A DNA stretch of 62,279 bases, counting the filler, from Dimargaris cristalligena (lineage: Eukaryota): the NCBI GenBank assembly GCA_003614675.1. It is 7 parts of 7 records of this genome, joined end to end, with 100 filler letters (N's around TTAATTAATTAA, not from the genome) between each part and the next. Parts side by side here need not be neighbours in the genome. Positions count along the whole stretch, not along the records: positions 1 to 8,907 come from ML003300.1; positions 9,008 to 17,859 come from ML003302.1; 5 more parts are not named here. One strand, 5' to 3'. The translations under genes were made by a program, and so were the position numbers. Shown here piece after piece: positions 1-13,135 of this stretch. Below the pieces are notes generated by a model. It saw only the letters and a list, made by a program, of their open reading frames with translations. It was not told the origin of the DNA and did not search any database. Position 1 is the first letter of the stretch. Every line of letters begins with the position of its first letter.

Positions 1-354
1 CTTTACGTTGATAAATGGGTTCTAATTAGTAAAGGAATCAGGTAATTAAATATACTTCCAGTTACCTGCACTCTGCAGCACCACACATCTACCCTAGACC
101 CGTGTCGGGTGACCATTTCGAAAATACAGAGTAATATATAGGCCATCCCTATCCTAGCCCGGAATGAGGTTAGGTCATCCACCCAACACAGGCTTGTGTA
201 CATTCTTGGCGAATTCATTCCATTTTGGCATTCCCAACATCACTCTACCCTGGTATTTTTAATGCTGCCTGACTACTCCATTACATTTACAGACTCCCAC
301 CCCGCCCCCTCCATCACCCTCTACTCACATACTCCACTTCTTATTTTCCCCACC

Positions 355-1400
355 ATGAGTAACAGCGACAAAGACCTAGACAAACCCCCGGCCTTCCCTA
401 TGCTTGGCGGGCCACAACGGTTGGCCGCGCCCTCCACCACCCGACTCGTGAAGTCCCGGGCCAAGGTCATACTTGAACCCGGCCATTCGCCCCTGGACTG
501 GGCTCGCCTGACGACGTCTGGCAAGAACCTTCGAGTAAGTCGCGCTCTTAAGGTTTTCGGTTTGAATAGTTGCTTACAGAGTTAGGCAAGGTCTTTACTC
601 TAAGTCAGCTACCCCAGTTAATAACGAGGTAGACCATTCCCCGGTCCTCAGCCCCTGACCTCCCTATATTTAAACATCGCTTATGTCCGTCACGCAACTC
701 CATTTACTGGAAAATAATTCACCCGTAAATTGCCCAACACCAGGGCGTCGATTCAATGGGCCCCATTACAATGGAAGAAGTCAAGAAACACAAATCCGAT
801 GACGACTGCTGGACCGTTATTTACGGCAAAGTATATAATTTAACACCATACCTTAAATTCCATCCTGGAGGTAGGTTTGGTGCTCATACACCTATATATA
901 TATATATATATATATTTATAAGAAGATAGATGGAGCCCTCTCGTGATATGACCTGGAGAACGCCGCGCTACATAAGTTCTACTCGTATTTTGCCGATACA
1001 ACGGCTTCATCGACCACAATACCCATATCTAAGCTAACTTACCCTTCTTTACTGACCTATCTTCTTCCATACTATCAGGCAAAAAGGAGCTGATGCGCGT
1101 AGCCGGTCGAGATGGGACCAAACTGTTTAGTAAGTTAAAATTTTCCGCAATGGACCAACTAGGCAGCCTTGGGGGTCAATAGTACCTAATGGGGGAGGGA
1201 GGAGAGGGTATTACAGTGAAATGGGTGGCTTACAACCCTGATTAGCAACGGGGACACGCTATACCCAACGTGTGGATGACTAATACCGGCCGACCTTGTT
1301 TTATACCCCATGTAACCCAAATCCAGCGTACACCCATAGTTGGGTCAACATCGACTCCCTAATGGGCGAATGTATAGTAGGCTACTTGGTTCCGTCATAA
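355..1400 (+). CDS. Cytochrome b5-like heme-binding protein (Irc21/CYB5R4 N-terminal type), 4 exons: 355-534, 744-870, 1079-1129, 1327-1400
   Basis: Manual splicing at GT..AG sites gives MSNSDK...[13 protein letters not shown]...[76 protein letters not shown]. It contains the HPGG heme motif and the PGHSPLDW motif typical of Irc21-like proteins. Confidence 0.9.
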
Positions 1401-3012
1401 CGTCGCCAACTGCTGTTGTACTTTTCATGAACCCCCTTTTTCGGCAATTCACACCTCCCGCGACCAACGCTAATTGCGTACTTCTACTGCGCCGAACCAA
1501 GATATGGGATGTTAGACCCGCACTTACGGCTATAGGCAAGACCTTCACCTCTCACTATAGGAATATTTATTACGATTTTTTTTTGTTTCGGAGAGGATAT
1601 ATACCCTATTGCACCTGTGTTTTTGTTTTGATTTTTTTAGCCGATAATCGGTGGTACACTCACTACAATCGTTGGTAGGTCAAATCTAGAGATCCTGCTC
1701 ATGTATCGCTTTATTAAATATATTGCAAAATTAACCCATTTGCAATGCCAGCTTTTATTGATGGTGTTTCTACACATTGAAAGTGCCTCTGATATGTAAT
1801 TGTTGAGCGATACCGCCATCATTCAATCATACACATATATGTATTTGGTTTTTGACTAGTAAATAACAGGCATATGTTGGGGACGAGGGCGAGGGTGGGC
1901 AAAACGAATAAAACCGAATAGACGGGAGAGGATGAATTTGTACAGTTCAGTTCCACAGGTGCACTGCAATGATCAATCAAAGAACCGAGGGTTACACTGG
2001 TGGGATAGCCGCGGCATGCTGGTGAGAACTAACCATGCCACTCTATCCGTAAAGTGTAACTCTTTACTGGTACATAGTGTAGGAGCGAATAACACCCTCC
2101 CAATGTCTTCCAAAAACCCCAGCACCTTGCTTGAGGGCCATCGGGAGTGAAGGAGAATGAGCACCACACCAGCTGTCCCACTTAAGTTGCCGCTATTGGT
2201 ATGCGAAGAAAATTGGGGGAGACGAGGAGTGTGAGACGCGGAAAGAAGGGTGGTTCATGAATTAAGCCGTAGTGGAAATATTCAACAGGTTGCTGAATTA
2301 ACATGGGGGGTGCTGAGTGGTGGACGGGGCAAAGAATGGTGCGTGGGTAACGGTTACATGTATTCCCAATCGATCCAATAAACGGATTTACCGTATTCCC
2401 CTCGTACCAACACGCCAGCTCAGCGAAGGCGCCCGCTTTTACTAATTCCACGGCTGCTGAATATTCTTGTGGTTCTGAATGGCTGTCGACATAGCCGCCA
2501 CTATTCACCAAAAGACAGATGGGTCCCAAATAACAACTGAAACGGCCACTAAGGTACGTCAGTTTGATGGCCACCCATAATTTCCCAATGCTCTGTTTAT
2601 CCGGATGTACAACCGATGGCTCCCTACTACTCTATCACCCATGCCCTTTATTTATATATATATATATATAGGTGGGCGATCCCCCCAGTCCCAAAACCAC
2701 TACATGTGCAATCTGTGACATATCTGATTGAGTTTAGACTGCGACCACCTCATTTAAATATCGATTTCTAGACCAGCAGTATTATCAACTTCTACACCAC
2801 CCCTCCTCCCTGTATCCTTTTCTAGACGGGATAAATCGATCACCCACTGGACAGCTCCATACAGCCCACCCCAACCTTCCCCTTTTAATTAAAGGGACGA
2901 CTCGAATACTTACCTTCCCTGCACCATCGCCCTATACCTTGCCGAGTAGCAAATTTACCACTCATCTGTTGCCCATTCTTATATATATATATATATATAT
3001 ACTTTGAGGAAA

Positions 3013-4110
3013 ATGCTCATCGTTTCAATTTGTACCATCGGTCTTTTGGCCGCTGTCAACCTACGTGCCGTAGTCGGCCAACCTGCATACGTAGACTCGA
3101 ACCTCGCCGAGCGGAAAAGTGCCTTCAGCCCATTCGTCAATAAGAATCTCAAGGTTGAAAACTACCTCGATACTCTTACATTTGACACTGACGAAAATGG
3201 TGAATTGACCAGGCCCATCTACGAACCGATGGATGGGGACACGGATACATCCAGTAGCGATGATGACCGAAACCCCCTCCGCCACAAGGACGCATCTAAC
3301 ACTTGGGATAATTCCGGTGAACACGACAACGATCTGGTCAGCCACGTATCAGTGAACAGCAGTGTCAGCCAGGTCGACAGGAGCCGACGTAAAATGAAGC
3401 AAGTACAGCAGCGGACTAGGGCCCGTGGAAACACACCATCCTGGTCTACCCGGGTTAACAAGCCATATTCCCGAGCTCCGCTAACCCAGCCATCAACTAC
3501 CTCCAACGACTGGGACAACATTGAGCAGTTAAGCCGAACGAGCCATAAGCTCAGCATCTCCAAAAAGTCCTTTCAGAATACCCGGTCCCGGTGGCCCGAG
3601 GAATTCTGGGACCGAGTGCGCAAAGACGGTGTGACTTTCAAGAACTTGATTTCCCGTGCCAACCTGGTGAATCCCCGCCTGGTCTATCTGCTGGGCGATC
3701 CGTACCAGGTCGGTCGCTTGATCCAGAGATGTATGATCCGATTGGGGGTGGTAGTGGCGTTTTATAGACACCGAGTGACAGACCAAGTCAAAGTGACGAT
3801 ACTCTACGATTCGCGAACCCCCGACTTTGGGCAAAAAAAGCGACTGGATCAGTGGGCGGCCGTGGCCGATGTGGTAGTGGGGGCCTATCATTATAATGGT
3901 TTCGAAATGATGCAGCTTCACCAGCATCTGATGGCGGCTGGACGCATGCCATTTTTTGTCACAACCCCCAGCTTCGAAGTACTGCTGAGTTACGTTGATG
4001 TATTTGACATTTTCTGGAAGTCCACACCCCAAAGGAACATGGAGTCTCGGAGAAGGTTATCAAATGAGGTCACTGCCCAGAAACCCGTACACACTGCGAT
4101 TTTAAAATAG
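3013..4110 (+). CDS. Hypothetical secreted protein, 365 aa, intronless
   Basis: Long ORF with ATG at 3013. The hydrophobic N-terminus MLIVSICTIGLLAAVNLRAVVG resembles a signal peptide and is followed by an acidic/low-complexity linker and a globular-looking C-terminal part. No family recognised. Confidence 0.7.
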   Translation: MLIVSICTIGLLAAVNLRAVVGQPAYVDSNLAERKSAFSPFVNKNLKVENYLDTLTFDTDENGELTRPIYEPMDGDTDTSSSDDDRNPLRHKDASNTWDNSGEHDNDLVSHVSVNSSVSQVDRSRRKMKQVQQRTRARGNTPSWSTRVNKPYSRAPLTQPSTTSNDWDNIEQLSRTSHKLSISKKSFQNTRSRWPEEFWDRVRKDGVTFKNLISRANLVNPRLVYLLGDPYQVGRLIQRCMIRLGVVVAFYRHRVTDQVKVTILYDSRTPDFGQKKRLDQWAAVADVVVGAYHYNGFEMMQLHQHLMAAGRMPFFVTTPSFEVLLSYVDVFDIFWKSTPQRNMESRRRLSNEVTAQKPVHTAILK

Positions 4111-4713
4111 ATGGATTCCGGGCAATATTGGGATAATGAATTGTAACGCGTTTTTTTTTTTGATAAAATATAGAATTAAAATATTTGTGAGGCAGACCAA
4201 TATGTTAAATAACCTAAAAATAGGCTTGCCTATAAGTGGGCGGGCCAATGGGGTAAAGTCCCAGGTTGTGCTTGTTACGATAGATGGGTAAGATTCGGGT
4301 AATCTGGGGCTAGGAACCCATATGATTTTGAAAAAATACTTAGGAATACTATACCTCTCCCACTAACCTTATCAGTACGACATCCTTTATCCGTGATACA
4401 TATTTCGCGCCCCTGCACTGTATGTCATTTATTGTTGCCCCACCAGACCTACCGGATATATAAGATAGATTAGTAATGGCGTCAAAAGGGGAAACCGCCG
4501 GACTGCCATGCTTTACAGATCGCGAAAAACCATTCTAGCCCAAGAAAATCTGACACTGTGGTGAAACAAGCAGGTTTTATCCGAAGGGAAAGACCAGTAG
4601 AAGCAAGAGACCAAGGGGCACTGTCATCACGACTGTAAAAGTATTCCAGGCCCTGCACAAACGGCCCTGCCGGAAAAAAATAGTATTATTTATAACAGCC
4701 CTACGTATGCTGT

Positions 4714-4745
<32 letters not shown>

Positions 4746-6757
4746 CATATACGTACTGGACCACACCTGCAGGAATAGGTCAAGGGGGGAAGAATTCTGG
4801 AAGTGAGACCAGAGGACCAGGGAGGAGTGATTAAGGGGAAGGAATGGAAAGAGAAGGTTAGGGTGGCGATTTACCTGTCATCCTTCCACCCTTCACTATA
4901 TACCCCCCTCCCCCACACCGGGGCTGTTGCGCGGGGTAACGGTGGGTGAGTGGTGGTCTTCTTCAAAAAGGTGTTGCTGATAAAGTGTCCTGTATATTGC
5001 TAATCCCATCTAAGGCCAGGAGAGGCTATATCGTTATGTTAAATTGTGGTCTACATTTGGATCAAGGCCGGGCGACAGTACAATGATTAGTGACTTTCCG
5101 ACGCCCGGGATTCCAATCGGAACCTGGCTTCATCGACTGTGCAATCATCATGAACCCCAACAATACCGTCCCCTTACCCCTGTCAGTAATCTAGGCACAG
5201 TACTCGCGTTTTACATTTATATTATAGCCAGCGTATCATTATCAATCTCATTCCCATTCTCACTATTATTATTGTTATTATTGTTATTTTTACCATTAAT
5301 ATTGGCATTAATATTAGTATTCACATTATACGTGTCTCTACATCTTCACCAACTGGGACATATCCACGAGCAGACCCAAAAATCGGATTCGGCTGTTTCT
5401 AGGGTGGGCTTTCAGACAGTCTTACTGGATGTTAATCGCCGCTGACGGGGATAGGGGCGGCTGATAGGCCATCTGTTGGACCCATTCCAGACATAAATTC
5501 ACCATAGAATGCACCAGCTGCAGCTCGGCAGAGGGGAGTGGTAATGTTGAGGCAGGGCAGGGCGGCCCTGGCGGACAGCGTGGCTTAGTTAGGGAAGATG
5601 CATGGCAACAGAGTAATTGGTAATAACACTAATTGCATCATGCTAGGGACATACCTGCATCCAGGCCTGATTTAGGCACATGGGGCCGGGGAAATACCAA
5701 GTCTTTATGGCCCCAATCTAAAGAATGGTGGGCCTGGTGCAGGAGAGGTTGCTGCCGCCGATTTCTAATCACTTTCCCTATTTTCCAACCCCGCACCGTA
5801 TTCTTTCCATCTCAGTCGGTTCAGTGGTCATGCTCGGTCCAAGAATGAATCATGTCTGTCTGTTTTATTTTATTTCTTTAATGTATTGTAGTGGGTGGCC
5901 ATAGTAGCCGGCGCAGGGACGGCCAAAGTATGTGGGGAAACAGCCCTGTCGAAAGGGGAAAGAACTGCAGCGGCTAGACAGATTACGCCAGGGGCGACGG
6001 TCCTATACCTATGATTGGCCCACACCCCTCAGGCGCGCGACGCGTTGTGTCTGTGCCTGATGGGTGTATATGTGTGTGGGTGTATGTGTGGGATAAACAA
6101 GGGGATTGACACTTGGGCCAAATGTAAACACTGTATCACCCTCTCTCTATCCACCCCGCAGACGCCTTATAACTGGCCCCATCATCCGCTCCCCGCGCCC
6201 GACACGTCTTTTTCTCCCCTCCGTGTATGCGTCCGTCTCTGTATGTGTATGTGTATAGTCCAGTTTGGCCTCCGTCTGTTCTACTCTCTCTCTTCCACTT
6301 CCGACGTTTCTTTTGTTAGTTATTCCTTACCCACTTTAAACTTGCCAAGCCCATTTCCCCTCTTTTACGGCTGTTATCGTCGCCGTTGTTTTCGTTGTTG
6401 AATAGACCGATTCCTTCTACTGCTCCAAACGTGTTCAAACTCCGACTCCACTTTCAACCGTCGTTGTAAACCGCCTTGGTTCCCGAATCCCCTTGGCACC
6501 GTTATTAGCCTCCCCGCGCCACTCCCCTCCTTGTTCGCGCGCATATATTACCATCTTTGGTTCATTGTTTGCCCGCCCAGCGTCTTCCGAATCATTCCGC
6601 CTTTGGTCGTTGCTTGATTAACGTCCACTAAACCGGCAGTTGGCCTCACTGGCTTCTTGCTACAAAAACCACTCAATCTTCGCTCCTAAACCAGCATAGA
6701 ACATCCCTATCCCCTTTGGTCTGACTTCACTGACAGACAATTCCCCAACCATACACT

Positions 6758-8907
6758 ATGCCAATCTGCACTATCTGCGGCGACTTGATCCATTTAAACA
6801 AGTGCCGGTGTGGTCGGCGGGGGCAACATACCGGCAGCCCCGCCTCCGCCTCCAGCCCCACTTCCGCCGCCCCCGTCACCCCCACGGACCAACACTCCAA
6901 GGGCGATCCGTGGTCTAGCACTTACCTCAACCGGCTGTTTGGCGAGTCCAACGGGCCGGGCGGAGCCGGTTTCCGCCGACCTCGTCCAATCAGTATGCCC
7001 CCCAACTCGCACTCCAACGAGAGTGCACGGACTTCCGTGGCTTCGTCGCCTACTTTATCAGTGGCCACCCGCGACTCGGCCGATACTCCCCCTGCGACCG
7101 CCTCAACCAGCCGACCCCGGTCCCCGCCTAGTTTATCGGGGCGAGTACGTGCCTTAACCAGCGTGCCCAAATCGACCCGACCCTTCCCGCGCTCCACCAA
7201 GGCCCCCTCCTTCTCGGCCTGTGCAGTGGCTCCCCGGCCATCTGAAACCCATCATTACACGCATAATGCCTACTGTCCGCAGCCGACGATGCGTAATTTT
7301 CCACCGCCCAACAACAGCGTGGTCTCGCCCAAGCCGATCCGGTCGGTGGGCAATGGCCCCCTGTCGGCCGGTAGCAAACCCCTCACGCCGCCCAGCGCCC
7401 CGATTGCCCGCTCTTACACTAGTTCACCCAAGGCGGTGGCGGCCACCATGCCCCGGGAATCCGTCTCCGGTGGCCCCCGGACGGCCGACTCCCCCATGGG
7501 GGATGCTCCAGCCCCTCGCTCCAGCTCTGCTGTGGAAGAACCCTCTTCCATGAAACATAATGGCGTTAGTCGCGTCGCTGTGAATGGGTCACTGGAGGAT
7601 CGGCGCCAGTGCATCGAGTGTCACAAGTCGCTTCTCGATACGGAGCGTCAAACCAGCCCCCTCCGCCCCGGTGCCATCTATTGCGATGATTGTTATAGCC
7701 ATAGTTTTAGCAAGGGTTTCTGCCAAACCTGCAAGCGTCTTATTCTGACCCACGGACGTCCGTGGGTGCAGTACAAGGACCGTGCCTGGCATAAGATGTG
7801 TCTGGGCTGCGTGGTCTGCGGTAAGCTGCTACTCGCTCCGGTGGTTGACATGGCGGGCAATCCCTGCTGTGAAGGCTGCTTTACCGTGCCCAAGAATCCC
7901 CGTGCTCAACCCCGTCCACTGAACACCAACACGGCCGCCATGCCCATCCCCATCCCAGCAGGTGGTGGTAAGAGCGGAAGTTTGAGTCAAACCGGCTCTA
8001 GCCCTCATCGCCGATCCGAGTCGCCTTTAACGTCGGACTCTTTGGGGTTTGCTGATCCGGCGATTATTCCTCCCTACCAAAAGCGCCTGTCCTCCTCTCC
8101 CCGCTCACCTTTGGCTATCGTTATGCAGGCTCATCCTCTGCCTCCGGCACACGGCAAGACGGATCGCGGTGAACGTCGTTCTTCCGTGGACACCTCTTCG
8201 CTCTGCCTACCGTCGAAGTTGCCGGCCTCGCACCGATTGAGTATTTCCGAGAATATCCAGCACCTAGGGAATACTTCAGGTGCATCCCCTTCTCCTCTTG
8301 ACCCATCTCCTCTCGCTGCATCCGTTGGGATGTCGGCCGAGGAGAAGACGCTTCGCCCGGATTCCGGGTTATCGGATATCCAGGATTCGGTTGCGTCCAC
8401 CAATTCGGCTGATGCTTCGACCCTGACCCCGCCTACCCCCGTTGCCACCACCCCTTCTCGCACTACGTATAGCTCTCCCCAGCCACTTAACAAACTTATC
8501 CAGGACATGGCTGATGTAATCTTGAACGACGACAAGTCCATGAACGATCGAGCGACCCCGGTGGATCATTCGATTATGGCCCACCCCGAGCTGGCTAAAG
8601 TCCAACCTCCCACCCATGACATCCCTTCGTGCCACGTTGCACCCTCTGCCCCTACCACCGCCGCGCCGTCACCTATGATGAAGTCTGCTTCCCGCTTGCG
8701 TAGTCACATTAGCGACCTTGCCCTGGATCACAATGTCCCTATCCCCACTAGCCGGACTTCGACCGCTACCCCCATTTCCCAAGCATCCCGCCCCGTTAAC
8801 CAGAGCCGGAGGCCGTCTTCGTCGTCGTTTTCCCTGAATTCCTCATCCATGTCTTTTTCGCATACCCCGCACACAAGGGCCCCTTCGGTCGCCTATCCCC
8901 AAACCCC
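6758..8907 (+). CDS. LIM-domain (zinc-finger) protein, Pro/Ser-rich, 3'-truncated at contig end
   Basis: N-terminal CxxC...CxC motif. LIM-type motifs CIEC...YCDDCY and CQTC...WHKMCLGCVVC...CCEGC. The ORF runs into the spacer. Confidence 0.8.
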
Positions 8908-9007
8908 NNNNNNNNNNNNNNNNNNNNNNNNNNNNNNNNNNNNNNNNNNNNTTAATTAATTAANNNNNNNNNNNNNNNNNNNNNNNNNNNNNNNNNNNNN
9001 NNNNNNN
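8908..9007. other. Artificial contig spacer (N + TTAATTAATTAA + N); the same spacer occurs at 17860-17959, 26675-26774, 35583-35682, 44489-44588 and 53390-53489
   Basis: Identical 100-nt linker with stops in all six frames recurs about every 8.8 kb. Confidence 0.98.

Positions 9008-9062
<55 letters not shown>
9008..9062 (+). repeat. (AG)n microsatellite at contig start
   Basis: Pure AG run, seen directly. Confidence 0.95.
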
Positions 9063-9065
<3 letters not shown>

Positions 9066-9515
9066 CCCGTTGTAATGGTGATGTTGGACCTGACCTGACC
9101 TCCCAGCCTGGCACATTAAGTGTCGCTATCCAATGGATTCGACAATGGCACCGAAGCTCCTGAATTTGTTGCCCGAAGTTTCCCAAAAGCCCCGAAACAC
9201 ATTCCTTAGTCGCTACTGGTCGACGTCACGGCTTCTTTACCTCTTCACCCTTCCATTATTCCTTGCATATTAAGAACCTTGTATGGCCAACTCCACAGCC
9301 TTCCTTCTAGCCTGCACTCGACCACCACTTTCCCCTCATTCAGTCCACCTTCTCATTCACCGCCTCAAGGTTCCCATGTTTACTTAGCATGTCTGGTATT
9401 TCTAACTTTGCTAACCACACCATTCGAGAACGTCCACTGTCTCTCACCTAATCTATATTTACACGTAACTGTCGTCGACAGGGTTTTTACTTGAACCCAC
9501 CCATCTGCAGTAGCC

Positions 9516-10420
9516 ATGGACAACCCGGCTTCAACTCCCTGGGTGGCCAACCTTATCGCTCTGGTCACCGTGCTCGGCTCTTTGCTCATTCTTCTCGTTT
9601 TAGGTATGTTTGCATGTCCACCTTTTCTATTCCTCTCAAGGCTTGTCACATCTGCTGCACATTGAGATTGACTTAAGCCTGCCAATGGCTTAAAAGAAAC
9701 CTAGGTGTCAAAGCGGTTTGGTAGGGCAGGGAAGTAGTTGAGTTGACCATGTCAGTGTCACCCACTGTAGTATAAATATGATCACGACTGGATTTAGTTA
9801 GCGTAGCAGTAATCCGGGCACCCGTATCAACAAGCTTAGCGACTAACCATTGATATATATATATCCAATGATTCGTTTACTACCCATGCACATACATGGT
9901 TTCCCTACTAGCCTGGTTAATATTCTGGCGGCTGGCGCTACGCAATATTCCGATTGTGCGCGAATTGCTGGGACTTGAACCCCTAGTTGAACCCCGATCC
10001 ACCACTCATCGGCCACCATCGCAGCCCCGGGCCAGTTCTCGGCGCAAGAGCCACGACGATACGGCGCCTATTTCCAGCTCGGTGTCATCGTCGATACATT
10101 CGGCGGCTACCGATCCTACGGAAGTGGGGGCCTACGATCGGCCATCCCCTCCCCCTTCATCAGGGTCTGCGACAGGCCACGGTGGTGGAGTACCAGGCTC
10201 TACCAACCCCGGGCCATCACACCCATACTCATATTCACCTGGTTATAGTGCTCCCCCCTCTCTAAGGCCAAATGGTCCTACCCTCCCTAACGGGGGTGAC
10301 GTACGCCAGCGAAAGATTCCCAACGACTCTCGCCCGCCTAATTCAAAACAACCGCAGCCGGCGACCGCCAACCAGGACTGCGGTTTACCAGATTTTATGG
10401 AGGAATACCTGAGTAACTAA
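9516..10420 (+). CDS. Small single-pass membrane protein, SMIM13/DUF4750-like; exons 9516-9603 and 9912-10420
   Basis: A GTATGT...TAG intron joins MDNPASTPWVANLIALVTVLGSLLILLVL to AWLIFWRLALRNIPIVRELLG. A TM helix followed by a W...RELLG motif resembles SMIM13. The tail is disordered. Confidence 0.6.
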
Positions 10421-10730
10421 CATTTTACTGGCTTCCTTCACTGCTATAAATAAACCCAATTTGGTCATTTGGTCGGGTTAGATTGCAATCCTAGAATAAA
10501 AATTAATAAATACTGTATTGACATCTCAATTTACGTATAGGGCTGGACTGGTCAAGTCGTTCGCTCCCCTACTGCTTCTCACACTAGCACCAAATATTAA
10601 ATTACAGGTGGTCGGGCAGTTGGCATTACCCATCCTAGCTATTATAACTAAAGCTCTACAATAACCCTTTTTTGGAATCTGAGGAACCTGGAGTATTCCG
10701 GATATGAAGGGGGTCATATCTGTCCATACT

Positions 10731-12657
10731 TTATTGGAGTGAGTCACTAATTAACTCGGCCAACTGACGAGCATCGGCCATAACGAATGAATCGGGACTA
10801 TGGGTGATGCGCAACCCAACAATCGCCGCCGCCATAAACCGCTGGGCCAGTCGTAAACCGGCGGGGGCCGGATCACTATTCCACAGCATTTTAGCCAGAG
10901 TAAAACACAGCAGGGTGAGGAGCGGGTGGTGGCGCGGATACGCTAGGACATAACCGACGAGCACTATCCGGCCGCAGTGGGTGGCGGGCAACCACTGGCC
11001 AGTCGCCAGAAGGTTGTTCTGTTCCTGGGCGGCCCATTTGAGGTAGTCGAGACAGTAAAAGGGGTGTTTCAGCGAGTCGGTTCCGTTGGTAGAATTGGCT
11101 TGGTTTAGGGTATGTAGGAAAGGGGCCACCTGTGACTGGTAATTGTGTTTGGGGGGGTGCTGGAATCGTCGTTAAGAGATTCAACATTTGGGTGGACATA
11201 ATCAATAGGTCGTGGATCTGGGTGGCCTCGGTGAAAGTCGGCTGGGCTTTGGAATTCACAACGACAGGTAGATTAACTGAGCAGCAATGGAATGCAGCAG
11301 CGAAGTCCCGGGTGTGGGCACCTGTCTGCCCCGAGCCTTTTGACTTTGTTGATAGAGAGGGTGGGCATAAAATACGATCCACTAGGGACCAATCCACAGT
11401 GTCATCATTTGTGCATTTTCCAGCCGCGTCTTTAGCTTGACCTTCACTAGGGCTCATTAATGTAATAATTGGTGAAGACTCAATTGCTGCAGTAGTAGAA
11501 GAAGCATTAGTAGTGGAAGTTGTAGTAGTAGAGGTACAGGTAGTAGTGGTGGCTAAATCCAGTGTTCGGCACCGCGGACATTGGCACGTAAAATGATACT
11601 TTCTACGCAGCGCGGTTCTCCGGGACTCGTATGGCGAAATAGCATCTACATAAGATATAGTGATTTCCTGCCCGGGGGCAATATCCTCTAAGGCCACCGC
11701 CAGGAGTTGACCGCCGGGCGCAAACATGGCCACGCAGTTGGGCAAGCAGGCGTGGTTCAACAAGGAGGCCAGCGGGTAAGTCCCGTCACCCACCGGAAAA
11801 AGCTGATCGTCGTGTAAATTGAAATTGTTACACCGGAAACGACCCAGACACCGGAGTAGAAATGAAGAGGCAAACGAGGGTTCCGGGCCCGAGGTAGTGG
11901 GGGTCGGCGCGAGAGAGGGCTCGGGATCTAATTGAGTCGCCAGCAATTGGAAGTTCGGGTCCGTCAAAACGGCCGGTCGATAGTGGGTCGAACAGTGCTC
12001 CGCCGTGCGGGACCAACGGGTCTTGGTCGCAGGATCCACATCCTCCAGATGCGATACAAGCGACAAGAAGACCAGAATGGTGACTTCTGCGTCGTCCAAG
12101 GTAGGCGAATGGGGTGGTTGATTTTGAGACACCATCCCTTCCGCTTCGGAAATTGGAGAGGTGCGGGTAAGAAGCGACCCGGTTTTCGACCCCAAAGTGG
12201 CCCATACCGCCTGGATCCGGGCCAATGCCCGAAGCAACATGATTAGTTCCGTGGCATCAATCGAATGACTGGGATGGTCTATGTTAAGTTTCGCCAGTTC
12301 CCGGCAGGACACCTCCGCTAAGTTTGGGGTCGCACTAGGTCCACTAGTTAATTCGGATGAAGAAGGAGGAGGAGCCATGGCGACTGACCAACACGACCGC
12401 CCGCAATACACTTCCTGGCAACAAGTTGGACACCGCAGGCCACTCCGACCGGGTGACACGGCTTGGTAGCAGTAGTGACAGGAGAAAGACCCGTCCGTTG
12501 GGTTGGGCTGGGTGAAATAAGCGAGCGGCGTTGATTTAAGAACCGTTTGGCCCGCGACGAAACGGCGGTCACTGACGATTCGGCGGTTCAGGGAGTCGTC
12601 CGTTGTCACCCAACGGAGACCCCGACGGGCTAAGTAGTCGACGAGGGCGGGCAGCAT
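10731..12657 (-). CDS. SET and MYND domain (SMYD-family) lysine methyltransferase; frame change near 11130-11260 (probable intron 11160-11259, or an indel)
   Basis: MYND CHYC..CPTC..YCGRSC, SET motif LASLLNHACLPNC..GQEITISYVD and post-SET YHFTCQCPRC. The C-terminal TPR-like part (YPRHHPLL..TLAKMLWN..LRITHSP) lies in the +1 frame (ORF 10731-11129). Confidence 0.85.
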
Positions 12658-13135
12658 GCGGACAATGGGCTTATATACCAAAATAGAAAAGAGAGGGCCC
12701 GAAAAGCAACTATATAATGACTTGTTCCTATTGAGAGAATATAAAGAGGTTGAAGAGGTTTTTACGGTGCTACCAAGGAAATCGGGACTGTTGACTTTAC
12801 CATTGTCCGTGGCTGGGCTCATCGAAGCAAGCTGCCGAAAGGGATCAGTAGCGAGCTGGATAGCCCTCACTCTATCACTTAATGGTCACGTGATGGATTA
12901 TCAGCTATCATGAATGGCGGGCGGAGTTCAAATACTCCGGGTTGTTTACAGTTTTGGCAACAATGGACCCAGTCGCTCAACTCATGGTTGCTCCATTCCA
13001 ACTTCCATTAGCCTATTCATAACTATTAAACTTTTCTGTAACTTTGCGTTATTTTTACCCCCAGTCCTATACACCACTGCCAATTGGTTTTCCGCACCGA
13101 GACCCAATTTTTTTTTCCGAGCCAACCCTATCCAC

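Noticed and set aside
4577-6401. Short ORFs in the long intergenic region upstream of the LIM gene
   Set aside because: Low-complexity or microsatellite-derived translations without codon bias or motifs.
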